DNA of 64,000 nucleotides from a virus (IMGVR_UViG_3300035698_029829:7427-71426), one strand, 5' to 3'. Counted from the stretch's first letter, positions 36,694 through 45,674 are shown. Program-made: numbers and translations. The notes: generated by a model not told the origin, from the sequence alone.

Positions 36694-36783
36694 GACCCAT
36701 GCTCCTCCACCACCCGGGCGCACCCCGTGGGGCCGGGTAGACGCTTCAAGCAGGAAGAGGAGCTTCCCCACGCCGCTGGGTCA
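36694..36783 (-). ncRNA. Rod-like hairpin RNA between two tRNA-Asp genes
   Basis: Nested GACCCA/TGGGTC, GCTCCTC/GAGGAGC, CTACCCGG/CCGGGTGG. Confidence 0.5.
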
Positions 36784-36797
36784 GACGGCCTTTTATC

Positions 36798-36876
36798 TGG
36801 CGGAGCTGATGGGATTTGAACCCACGATCTCCGGATCGACAATCCGGCGAGGAAAGCCTGACTCCTCTACAGCTCC
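36798..36876 (-). tRNA. tRNA-Asp(GTC), second copy
   Basis: Loop TT-GTC-GA, CCA. Confidence 0.9.
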
Positions 36877-36884
36877 ATAAACTC

Positions 36885-37607
36885 TTAAACGTCCAACGGA
36901 ACGTGATCGCACGTCGACTCGGCGCGCTTGGTGACGACGCAGGCAACGAGGTAGCAGGCCCCGTCAAGACCGCCCACCGCCTTCGCACGCTGTGCATCAG
37001 GATCGTACTCCTCGATCTCCCACTCGCCGAGGAGCTTGCGCTCATCGGCGCACCGGCACAACGCCAGGCGCGTCAGCTCGTACTTGTTGCCGAGGTAGTA
37101 GCGAGCCAGCAATTTGGGTGAGAACGACCAGAACCCGTGGTCAACGAAGTTCGAGGCGGGCAGCATGTGCACCACCTTGCCGCCGACCTTGAGCATCCGA
37201 TGGATGTTGGCCAACGCCTGCAGTACGTTGAAGACGTGCTCCAGGGTGCCTCCATCCACGACGAGGTCGAACGGCGGAACTTGTATCGGCACGGAGGTCC
37301 AGGGCACGTTTAGATCGGCCTTGATCTCCGGTGAACCCTCATCGACCACATCTACAGCCACGACTTCGTCGTAACCGAGCAACTTGAAGAAATCCACATC
37401 AGAAATGTGACCATCCTGATTCTTCAAGATGGGCCTTCCGAGCAACGAGAGAAGGTGACCGTGACACGCAGCCAAAGCGATAAACTCGTTGTAGGTGAGG
37501 TGCACCTCCTGGCGACCCAACGTAAGTACGCGGCCGGAGGGTGTCCCCTCGTACAGCGTCTCATGGAAGAACAATTCCGCCGCGCCTTTGCTGATGCCCA
37601 TATCCAC
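36885..37607 (-). CDS. Class I SAM-dependent methyltransferase
   Basis: DLN, FDLVVDGGTLEHVFN, LKVGG. Confidence 0.75.
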   Translation of the reverse strand: MDMGISKGAAELFFHETLYEGTPSGRVLTLGRQEVHLTYNEFIALAACHGHLLSLLGRPILKNQDGHISDVDFFKLLGYDEVVAVDVVDEGSPEIKADLNVPWTSVPIQVPPFDLVVDGGTLEHVFNVLQALANIHRMLKVGGKVVHMLPASNFVDHGFWSFSPKLLARYYLGNKYELTRLALCRCADERKLLGEWEIEEYDPDAQRAKAVGGLDGACYLVACVVTKRAESTCDHVPLDV

Positions 37608-37614
37608 TCCTTGA

Positions 37615-37687
37615 GGCCGACGACAGGAATCGAACCTGCAACATCCGCATTACAGGTGCGGTGCTCTACCAATTGAGCTACGTCGGC
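37615..37687 (-). tRNA. tRNA-Thr(TGT), C33
   Basis: Loop CC-TGT-AA. Confidence 0.88.
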
Positions 37688-37693
37688 AAATTT

Positions 37694-38038
37694 TGGACGT
37701 GCGGGGAATTGAACCCCGGTCCTGAATGGTCCAGATTGAGCTACTACGTGCGTAGTCCGCGATTTAATGTCGCCGGTCGCGCTCCCACGGACGGGATCAC
37801 TATGGCCTTTTCCGCCTTTATCTCGGTTAATCACCGACGGAGTCAATCAACCCAGCCACCTGTTTGTGACGCCTCTTCCACTCCCGTTGGCCCGGAACAG
37901 AGAAACGGGTCGCTTAATTAAGCGGCCAGGAGTTCAATGTCGGCATCTGAACTTTGGTCAGTTTTTTACGAGGCCAACTGACCAACCTCGGCACGCAACT
38001 TTCACCTTCACACATCCAGTCGAATCCGATTCACGCCC
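37694..38038 (-). ncRNA. ssrA: tmRNA
   Basis: 5' GGGCGTG..GGATTCGAC, 3' T arm and CACGTCC-A with G3-U70; tag (A)DQSSDADIELLAA* after AAAAAACT. Confidence 0.92.
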
Positions 38039-38062
38039 ATATTTCAAAAAGCCGCAATAGCC

Positions 38063-38197
38063 TTTACGGCGGAGCCCCGACATTTTTCATCCGGGTGGCA
38101 GGCAAGGATGTTCTTCTGTGGTCAAAGAGGGGTGCACGACCCTCTACACGGAGTCCCTACACGCTGCAAATGGCTTTAGCCACTCTCCCGTAAAAGC
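38063..38197 (-). ncRNA. Candidate structured ncRNA (array unit A)
   Basis: Closing stem GCTTTTACGG/CCGTAAAGGC, preceded by boxA-like site. Confidence 0.5.
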
Positions 38198-38224
38198 TAT
38201 TTTTCAAAGATCAAAAGAAAGGCC

Positions 38225-38335
38225 CGGGAATGTGGCCCTCACCAACCTTTCCAGCCTTTCCTATTCTTCGAGAGGTCTCTTACTCTCGGACGGTTATTAC
38301 TACTGTTCCAGTATCAGAGTGACCGGCCACATTCC
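38225..38335 (-). ncRNA. Candidate structured ncRNA (array unit B)
   Basis: 12-bp closing stem GGGAATGTGGCC/GGCCACATTCCC. Confidence 0.55.
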
Positions 38336-38355
38336 CTATTTCAAAGATCGAAATT

Positions 38356-38505
38356 AGCATCGTTCAGATGACCACTGCGGGGTTATTGCTGAGGTTTCCC
38401 TCGACTTTATGGCGGCCTCTGCCCGACTCCTGATCCAGCGTCCCAGATTCCCCGAATTCCCGCGTCACGGGTTGTGAGGAGCCGTGATCACCTGAACGAT
38501 ACCAA
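38356..38505 (-). ncRNA. Candidate structured ncRNA (array unit C)
   Basis: About 18-bp closing stem ATCGTTCAGGTGATCAC/GTGGTCATCTGAACGAT. Confidence 0.55.
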
Positions 38506-38536
38506 CCCTGAAATTTCAAAGAGCGAAGAGCGAAAC

Positions 38537-38719
38537 TTTAGCTGGTGTGCTACTACGCCAAAAGGGGGTTCCACCTTACCGTCTCCGGGGTGCTTCACCA
38601 CTTCCCCATTTACCCGCTGGCAGAACCTTTCTTGCTTTTACCACAAGGGGCTTATTACCGACGGTGGTTCGCCCTACTCTTTAGAGGGTGGCTGCCTCTA
38701 AGCCAACCTTCCAGCTAAA
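38537..38719 (-). ncRNA. Stand-alone mimic of the 23S rRNA L11-binding domain (H42-H44) with large insertion
   Basis: GCTGGAAGGTTGGCTTAGAGGCAGCCACCCTCTAAAGAGT...GCGTAGTAGCACACCAGC matches E. coli 23S 1051-1108 with compensatory pairs. Confidence 0.8.
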
Positions 38720-38889
38720 ATATTAAAGAACGAAGTCATAGGGCTCCGCGTGCCGGTTGACCCAACCGTAAGCGAGCACGTCGTCGCAGCCTCGCTATTC
38801 CGCGACGAACGAAGAACCCTTGAGGCGCATCCTACCAAACCTCGTGAGGTTTGTCAAGAGTTCTTATTACGTTTTTTGAAATTTTGTAA

Positions 38890-38963
38890 GGCCAGCGACA
38901 GGAGTTGAACCTGCGACATCTCGCATACGAAACGAGCGCTCTACCAATCTGAGCTACGCTGGC
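38890..38963 (-). tRNA. tRNA-Thr(CGT)
   Basis: Loop TT-CGT-AT. Confidence 0.9.
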
Positions 38964-39058
38964 GCAATCTTCCGCGTTTCCAATGGTATCCGCCAATCTC
39001 CGGCATCCCGCCGTTTTCAACAAATATGCGCTCGATCTTTATGTCCCTTATCTTCTGA

Positions 39059-39145
39059 CGGAGAGGACAGGATTTGAACCTGCGTAGGTGTTACCCTATC
39101 TGGTTTAGCAAACCAGTGCCATCAACCTGACTCGGCCACCTCTCC
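39059..39145 (-). tRNA. tRNA-Ser(GCT)
   Basis: Loop TT-GCT-AA, variable arm, G73. Confidence 0.92.
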
Positions 39146-39259
39146 ATACGAGCCAACAGGTCTGTCGAGGACGAGCCTGTTGGAAAAACCGGGGAGGAGG
39201 ACGGCCCCCTCCCCGGGGTATTTCAATTTTACGCGGCATCTCTCTATTTAATTGTCAAA

Positions 39260-39637
39260 GATCGCCTTGCGCTGCGTTGCGCTGCGCGCCGCACAATTAC
39301 CAGGTCCTAAAACGTCAAAAGCCTCCCAAGTTCCCTTGAGAGGCTTCCGACTGTTGGTGACGAGGTCTGGTTTAGTCGGAAGCCCCCCGTATAGGCACGA
39401 TACCGAGCAGGCTATCAGCGGTGGACGGCAATGCCGTCACGGCCGCCGAACGCACTCCTGCTGGGCACGACGCGGTTAGCGTCGCAGCTAAGCGAGCTGT
39501 CTGTATGTGCGTGTTACGGTTCATTTCCAACCACTCCATGCGCCTTTTGGCACTAAATTTTGTTCGCGAGATAAGCGCGCCAGGCGGCCTGTGCATCTCG
39601 AAAGAAACGAAGTAGCCCAGCACTGTGCTGCGCGAAC
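39260..39637 (-). ncRNA. Large structured RNA beginning with the Y RNA-like module
   Basis: Starts at promoter 39667; GCGCAGCACAG-TGCTGGGC-TACTTCG, partner GCCCAGCA at 39459-39466, several hairpins, tandem CGCAGCGCAA near 3' end. Confidence 0.65.
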
Positions 39638-39834
39638 ACGACCAACCTAACAGAGGGCGCAAGGTTTGTCAAGAACTTTTTTTCGCTGATCGAATTTTTT
39701 TCAGTGGTAAGATAAAAGAGCTGAGAGAAAAGGGGCACTGAGATATGCGAGAGCGCCCGGAACGATTGGGATCTTGAGCGGAGGATCGGGCGCGTCATGG
39801 CTCGTTATGAACCGAAAAGGCAGGAGGTGAAGGG

Positions 39835-40266
39835 ATGAATTCGTTCAAAGATGTCATTTTTTTCATTCTTGGAATTATAGGGGTTATCTCCATTTGGGTG
39901 GGCCTTTTGATGCTCCGGAGGGATATTCGGGCCGTTTTAACGAGGAAACCGCCCCTCCGGAAAATCCCCAGCCCCAGTAACCCGACCCTGCCGCATGAAA
40001 TCGCGGAAGCCCTGAAAAACTGGGATAAAAAGCCCCAAGAAAAGGGCTTTCAGCAAGGACTCGCAGGGGATAAGGAACACACCCTGATCTGGTGGACAGA
40101 GGATGAAACATGGCGTTCAACGAGCTTCCGCCTTGCAGAAGCGAAAGCAGAAAACGATCTACCGAAATTCGAGCGGATCATAGCCAGAGCTGGCGCGACC
40201 GCTGTGGCCTATTTCCGAGCCAAGCGTGCAAAAGAAATGGATGAAGAGAAAAAAGAAGGAAAATAA
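39835..40266 (+). CDS. Membrane-anchored hypothetical protein
   Basis: SD AGGAGG; N-terminal TM helix. Confidence 0.65.
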   Translation: MNSFKDVIFFILGIIGVISIWVGLLMLRRDIRAVLTRKPPLRKIPSPSNPTLPHEIAEALKNWDKKPQEKGFQQGLAGDKEHTLIWWTEDETWRSTSFRLAEAKAENDLPKFERIIARAGATAVAYFRAKRAKEMDEEKKEGK

Positions 40267-40267
40267 T

Positions 40268-41158
40268 TTGTTAAAACAATCCCACAACGTAATCCACGGG
40301 GACGCCCTCAGCACCCTACAACTCCTGCCATCCGGCTCGATTCACTGTGCGATCACCTCGCCGCCCTACTACGGCTTACGCAACTACGGTGTTGCTGGAC
40401 AGATCGGCGCAGAACCAACGCCTCAAGAATACGTCGCTCGATTGACTGAAATTTTCCGCGAACTACGCCGTGTGTTGCGCGACGACGGCACCTTCTGGCT
40501 TAACCTCGGCGATAGCTACACGAGTGGCAATCGAACACGGCGCGCACCTGATAAGAAAAATCCAATAAGAGCGATGTCCTACCGAGCACCAACCCCAAGC
40601 GGGTTGAAAGAAAAAGACCTCATCGGCATCCCCTGGCACGTCGCCTTCGCGCTCCAAGAAGACGGGTGGTACCTCCGCTCCGACATAATCTGGCACAAGC
40701 CAAACGCCATGCCTGAGAGCATCAAAGACCGCCCAACAAAGGCACACGAGTATGTATTTCTATTAACCAAAAGCCCTCGCTACTTTTACAACGCGGATGC
40801 CGTAAAAGAACCCGAAGTCTGCGGACGTAAGAGGGGTCCCGCGCTCCATCCTTGCAAAGATACGAACGGAAATTCGGGTTTATCACGGAGAGAATCGACC
40901 GGTTTTCGCAATCGACGCACTGTCTGGACAATAAACACTAGACCCTTTAAGGGCGCACACTTCGCGGTGTTTCCCGAAGATTTAGTCGAACCTTGTCTTC
41001 TTGCCGGTTACCCAGTTGACGGCATCGTGCTCGACCCACTTTGCAGCTCTGGAACAGTCGGCGTCGTCGCCAAGAAACACGACAGATCATTCATTGGAGT
41101 CGACCTTAACGCCGATTATTGCCAAATGGCTAAACAACGGATTGAAAAAAAATTATGA
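40268..41158 (+). CDS. N4-C/N6-A DNA methyltransferase (beta class)
   Basis: TSPPYY, W.K.N..PES, HFA.FP; SAM motif reads DPLCSSGT (degenerate). Confidence 0.85.
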   Translation: MLKQSHNVIHGDALSTLQLLPSGSIHCAITSPPYYGLRNYGVAGQIGAEPTPQEYVARLTEIFRELRRVLRDDGTFWLNLGDSYTSGNRTRRAPDKKNPIRAMSYRAPTPSGLKEKDLIGIPWHVAFALQEDGWYLRSDIIWHKPNAMPESIKDRPTKAHEYVFLLTKSPRYFYNADAVKEPEVCGRKRGPALHPCKDTNGNSGLSRRESTGFRNRRTVWTINTRPFKGAHFAVFPEDLVEPCLLAGYPVDGIVLDPLCSSGTVGVVAKKHDRSFIGVDLNADYCQMAKQRIEKKL

Positions 41159-41727
41159 ACGAGCCAAAGGAATCCTTGGAAGATATTCGCCGCAAGCTGG
41201 GCGATTGCCAGCGCTGTGAACTCGCGACGACGCGCCGCAACCTGATCTTCGGCTCCGGCGACCCCGCCGCGTGCCTGATGATCGTCGGTGAAGCCCCTGG
41301 CGAGGCCGAGGATGTAATCGGTGAGCCATTCGTAGGACGCGCAGGGCAGGAACTAATGAAATGGCTGGCCGCCATGTCGCTCAGCCGCAACCAGGTCTAC
41401 ATCACTAACTGCATCAAGTGCCGTCCGCCGAATAACCGAACGCCCTACGACCAAGAGCGCCACACTTGCCTCCCCTTCCTGCGCCGCCAGGTGGCAGCTG
41501 TCGCCCCGCGCGTGATCCTGGCACTGGGTACCCCGGCAATCCAGAGCCTGCTGCCCGGGATGGGCACCATCACCCACCTGCGCGGTCAGCAGTTAGAATA
41601 CGAAGGCGTCCCCCTCATCGGCACTTATCACCCTTCGGCCGTCCTCCGTGATCGCCCTAAACTGGCGAACGTGGTTGCCGATCTCGGAGTGCTCGTCAAA
41701 ATCCTGTACGGAAAAAAGGAGAATTAA
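41155..41727 (+). CDS. Uracil-DNA glycosylase family 4
   Basis: C..C, GEAPG..ED..GEPFVGRAG, TNCIKCRPP.NR.P, YHPS. Confidence 0.92.
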   Translation: MNEPKESLEDIRRKLGDCQRCELATTRRNLIFGSGDPAACLMIVGEAPGEAEDVIGEPFVGRAGQELMKWLAAMSLSRNQVYITNCIKCRPPNNRTPYDQERHTCLPFLRRQVAAVAPRVILALGTPAIQSLLPGMGTITHLRGQQLEYEGVPLIGTYHPSAVLRDRPKLANVVADLGVLVKILYGKKEN

Positions 41728-41729
41728 AC

Positions 41730-42182
41730 ATGGACAAGAAGCTGATCTCAGTCACTGCCGACGATGTGATCCGCGTCCTCAAAGAGGCGTTCGATCTCGA
41801 CCCCACCGCCATCCAAATACTAATCGACCACCGTGTACCCTGCAACGAGGCGCTCGCCGACCATCCCACCATCCAAGTAGGAACCGCCGAGAATTGGCGC
41901 AAGTACCGACCTAAATCCCATAACCTCCCCAAAAACGCTGTCCACACAATCGGGCTACTCGGCCTGCTTAACGGCGTCTTCGGCAAGCCTGATGGTGGCC
42001 CTATCGCAGGCGCGTACGACTTCATCTGCGACTTCTGTGGAGCCACAAACGTTCCCGAATTGGACGGCAAGCGGTCGGGCGATGACTGCCCGCTCTGCGT
42101 CAACGGCACTATTCGTCTCGGTCCGATTTTCGACTTCAAAAACCTGTGGGCTCCGGAGAAGCCGAAAGAAGATAAGGAGTAG
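41730..42182 (+). CDS. Hypothetical protein with C-terminal zinc ribbon
   Basis: CDFC...CPLC. Confidence 0.6.
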   Translation: MDKKLISVTADDVIRVLKEAFDLDPTAIQILIDHRVPCNEALADHPTIQVGTAENWRKYRPKSHNLPKNAVHTIGLLGLLNGVFGKPDGGPIAGAYDFICDFCGATNVPELDGKRSGDDCPLCVNGTIRLGPIFDFKNLWAPEKPKEDKE

Positions 42183-42205
42183 GGATTAAAAAATAGAGGT
42201 AAAGA

Positions 42206-42742
42206 ATGAGCCACACCAAGCGCGGCGGCGTAATCTGGCTAACGGGACTCAGCGGCTCCGGCAAAACTACGCTCGCCGTGGCCCTGCGCGAGGCGCTCTT
42301 GACCCATTTCGGCATTTATGCCGTCGCCCTTGACGGCGATGAGGTGCGCCAAGCCCTGGGAACCTCCGGTTTTACACGCGCCAACCGAGACGCCCACATC
42401 ACACGCATGGGAAGATTAGCCTCGTTATTGGAGAAGCAAAATCACTACGTTATCTGCTCCTTCGTCAGCCCTTACGCCGAAACGCGCCAGGAAGTAAGAA
42501 CGACGTGTTCTCGCTTCCTGGAGGTCTTCATGGACTGCCCGCTGGAGGTCTGTGAAGAACGAGACCCGAAGGGCCTCTACGCCCGCGCGCGGAGAGGAGA
42601 GTTAAAGGGATTCACAGGGATCGACGATCCCTATGAGAAGCCGCATCTACCCGACGTTCACATTCATTCCCATACCATGACGATAGAGCACGAGGTCGAC
42701 CTCGTACTCCAAAAGATGATCGCGCGTTGGGTTACCGACTGA
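42206..42742 (+). CDS. cysC: Adenylyl-sulfate kinase
   Basis: TGLSGSGKTT, LDGD.VR, SFVSPY, RDPKGLY, FTGIDDPYE.P. Confidence 0.93.
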   Translation: MSHTKRGGVIWLTGLSGSGKTTLAVALREALLTHFGIYAVALDGDEVRQALGTSGFTRANRDAHITRMGRLASLLEKQNHYVICSFVSPYAETRQEVRTTCSRFLEVFMDCPLEVCEERDPKGLYARARRGELKGFTGIDDPYEKPHLPDVHIHSHTMTIEHEVDLVLQKMIARWVTD

Positions 42743-42780
42743 CTCAATATCAGTTTCATAAGCCTGTGGATAAAGAAAAT

Positions 42781-43887
42781 CTAAACCCCAAGACATTTGG
42801 TTTCAAGATATTCGATCTGAAGACGCAATTCACGTACATAAGCTACGTTTTTTTCAATTCTTAACTTTTTACCAGATACTTTCTTAACGAGACCACCGAC
42901 AACCCATTTATCAAGTTCATTGGCAATCTGGTCGTGAAGAAAACCGATCTCACTATTAAGATCATTAACCTCTTTATCAAGCTCATCGGCCCTCTGACGC
43001 AACCTTTCGGATAAACCGCGCATCTCCTCTGCGATATAATCTGAAGCCAAATGATGATATTTTCTCGACTTCTCAATCCCCAAATAATTTCGACCCAGTT
43101 TCAAAGCTTCGATGGCGGTCGTTCCCGAACCCATAAATGGGTCCAATACAAGATCGCCAGGCTTTGAAAGGAGTTTGATGAACCAAGCGAACACCTTCCC
43201 GCAGGCCATAGCACTGTGATTTTTGTACGTTCTTCCGGTCGGGAAGCACAGAACGTTGGTCGGATAAGCAAATTCACGACCAAGCCAGTTTTCTTCCTTC
43301 CTCGCGCAGCCACTCCCATTCTTAGACCGAGTATGTTTATTGTCGTTTGCTTTCTGACGGTTGAGGCGCGTCTTGGCCCATTCACCCGTCGGCACCATCA
43401 CCGCCTCTTGATCCATATAAAAATGCTTCTGCTTCGTAAAGTGCAAACCCCATTCCCAAGCATTGCGAAACCTGTTCGGCCACTTCCCAGGAAAAGGGTT
43501 GGGCTTGGTCAAGGCGTAATAATCGGTATTGATCCAGCCCTGCTGTTTAGTCATGGCGATAATGAGTTCTAAAACATACAGGTGCCGCCCCCCGTTCGCC
43601 GTCGTTCCCTCCTTGATGTTCAAGAAGAAAGAGCCAGTCGGTTTTAAGATTCTGAAAAGTTCTCTGGAGATAGGTAGGAACCACTCGACGTAACGATCCG
43701 GATCAACACCGCCGTAAGAAGCCTTCCTTTTATTACCATACGGCGGCGAGGTGGCGATTAGATCAACTGATTCTGAAGGGATGTCGCACAACAGTTTGGA
43801 GCAGTCTCCCAAAAGCACCCGATTTACGAACTCGCTCATGACCGTATCCTCCAAAGAAAGGATACACTTCCTTGGAAGGTTTGTCAA
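42781..43887 (-). CDS. N4-C/N6-A DNA methyltransferase with C-terminal coiled tail
   Basis: TSPPY, VLDPFMGSGTT; likely start at MSEF. Confidence 0.88.
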   Translation of the reverse strand: MTNLPRKCILSLEDTVMSEFVNRVLLGDCSKLLCDIPSESVDLIATSPPYGNKRKASYGGVDPDRYVEWFLPISRELFRILKPTGSFFLNIKEGTTANGGRHLYVLELIIAMTKQQGWINTDYYALTKPNPFPGKWPNRFRNAWEWGLHFTKQKHFYMDQEAVMVPTGEWAKTRLNRQKANDNKHTRSKNGSGCARKEENWLGREFAYPTNVLCFPTGRTYKNHSAMACGKVFAWFIKLLSKPGDLVLDPFMGSGTTAIEALKLGRNYLGIEKSRKYHHLASDYIAEEMRGLSERLRQRADELDKEVNDLNSEIGFLHDQIANELDKWVVGGLVKKVSGKKLRIEKNVAYVRELRLQIEYLETKCLGV

Positions 43888-43910
43888 GAGTTTTTATGTT
43901 CATATTCAAT

Positions 43911-44663
43911 TTAGAACACTCTTTCAATCCAATTTTTCTTGAACCGAACTAGATTTAAGATGTGACGGCGTTCAATTATTCCAGGACGGCGGATAATGCG
44001 GAATTTATAAGCCGATCCGGGTACGATCTCGATTACTGTAAATTGGGAGCCATGAGGCTGCCAAGTGAAACGATGCTTATTCGTCCCTTTATCAAAGCCC
44101 TCGAAATTACCCCTTCGATTGATTTCCCACTTATAGTTGGATGGAGGATAGCGGACCGCCTCAAACTCAAACAAGACGAATTCCAGCGTACTCATGTTCC
44201 GTACCAGTACCACAATCCGCAAATCGTCATGATTATTGAACGACTGATTGACGCGCTCATTCCAAATATTCAGAACGGCGACCCCCGTTTCCTCCACGTT
44301 CGCCTTCGGATCGCTGATGCCATAGGAAAACGCAGGAGAATTACGACCAGTGATGAGCCTCACGCTAGGTTGTTTGAACGGCTTTTTTGCCTGCACCGTT
44401 TTCACGGACCAAGAACAGCTATTCCATATTACATCCGTAACGCCCAGTGGCTTGTTAAAATGCGTGCCGCTGATGGAATCCGCGAACATCTCCGCGAAGT
44501 CATCACCGGAGATATTGTAGCCAACGGCCAACCGATGCACAATTTGACCGCCTATCCCGATAACCACATCATCGGGAAATTCCCCAAGCGGATAAAGGCT
44601 GTGACGTGCTTTGTCATGCCCGCGCAATTTGGGTGGTTTGGATGACACGTAAAACTCCTTCAA
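43911..44663 (-). CDS. Putative type II restriction endonuclease
   Basis: Adjacent to C5 methyltransferase; D...SWSVKT could be a PD-(D/E)xK variant; AT-richer than flanks. Confidence 0.45.
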   Translation of the reverse strand: MKEFYVSSKPPKLRGHDKARHSLYPLGEFPDDVVIGIGGQIVHRLAVGYNISGDDFAEMFADSISGTHFNKPLGVTDVIWNSCSWSVKTVQAKKPFKQPSVRLITGRNSPAFSYGISDPKANVEETGVAVLNIWNERVNQSFNNHDDLRIVVLVRNMSTLEFVLFEFEAVRYPPSNYKWEINRRGNFEGFDKGTNKHRFTWQPHGSQFTVIEIVPGSAYKFRIIRRPGIIERRHILNLVRFKKNWIERVF

Positions 44664-44777
44664 TTCCAGCTATCGCTAACGGCACGGGAACGGCATTTCC
44701 CATTTGCTAAAGCAGCATCTCGTTTGGAATCTCACCCACCGGATGCGGATCATTACGCAAAGATTTATCTCTTGTTT

Positions 44778-45674
44778 TTACCCATCCAACATTTTCTCAA
44801 TGATGGCCGCAACCACAGGAACGGCAACGGCGTTCCCCGCCTGTTTTCGCACCTGACCATAGCTACAAATGATCTCAAACGAATCAGGAAATCCCTGAAG
44901 CCGAAGCATCTCTCGCGAAGTCAACCGTCGTTTACCGTCAACGAGCAGATAATTATACGAAGCACTGGCCCGCAACGCGCAAGCATAAGGATGACTCGAC
45001 ACTTTCTTTGACTTATTCTCGTGCCAGATCGCCGGTTTTACCTTGGTGGAGTGCCTGGCACGCCGCGCATCCCGGATGTGTTTGCTGGCATTATAACGGG
45101 TATCCGGTTTCTTCTCCAAAACTTCCGAAAGTGGAAGCATCACCCGTTCTTCTTCGGGCCAACAAAACTTTTTACCCCTTTTCCCCCGCAAAGCTACGAT
45201 GAAAACACGTTCTCTCCGTTGCGGAAGTCCAAAGTTAATTGCATTGAGAATCCGATGATCTGTTCGATAGCCAAGATCATTTAAGGTACCAAGAATCTTC
45301 TTCAGCGCGCGCCCTTTGTTGTGTGTAGCCAGCTGCTTCACGTTTTCAAGGACAACCGCCTGTGGACGCTTTCTTTTGATAATTTTAACGAGTTCAAAAA
45401 AGAGCAGCCCCTTGGGATCAGAAAATCCCTTACGGCTGCCGATGATGGAGAAAGGCTGACAGGGAAATCCCGCCAACAGAAGATCGTAGTCGGGAAGGTC
45501 TCTAATTTTAACCTGCGCAATATCGCCGACGGGGCAAAACCCGAAGTTGTGTTCATACACGCGACGACAAGGCTCGTCGGTGTCACAGGCAAAAACACAC
45601 CGGAGGCCAAGAGAAGACGCAGCGACGTGAAAACCACCAATGCCACAGAACATATCAGCGAACGTCTCTATCAA
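44778..45674 (-). CDS. C5-cytosine DNA methyltransferase
   Basis: FCGIGG, GFPCQPFS, ENV, QRRERVF, GNAV. Confidence 0.95.
   Translation of the reverse strand: MIETFADMFCGIGGFHVAASSLGLRCVFACDTDEPCRRVYEHNFGFCPVGDIAQVKIRDLPDYDLLLAGFPCQPFSIIGSRKGFSDPKGLLFFELVKIIKRKRPQAVVLENVKQLATHNKGRALKKILGTLNDLGYRTDHRILNAINFGLPQRRERVFIVALRGKRGKKFCWPEEERVMLPLSEVLEKKPDTRYNASKHIRDARRARHSTKVKPAIWHENKSKKVSSHPYACALRASASYNYLLVDGKRRLTSREMLRLQGFPDSFEIICSYGQVRKQAGNAVAVPVVAAIIEKMLDG

Noticed and set aside
38040-38830. RNase P RNA or a true rRNA operon fragment
   Set aside because: No GAGGAAAGTCC/P4 signature seen; the 23S similarity is limited to 58 nt, interrupted by an insert and flanked by non-rRNA sequence.
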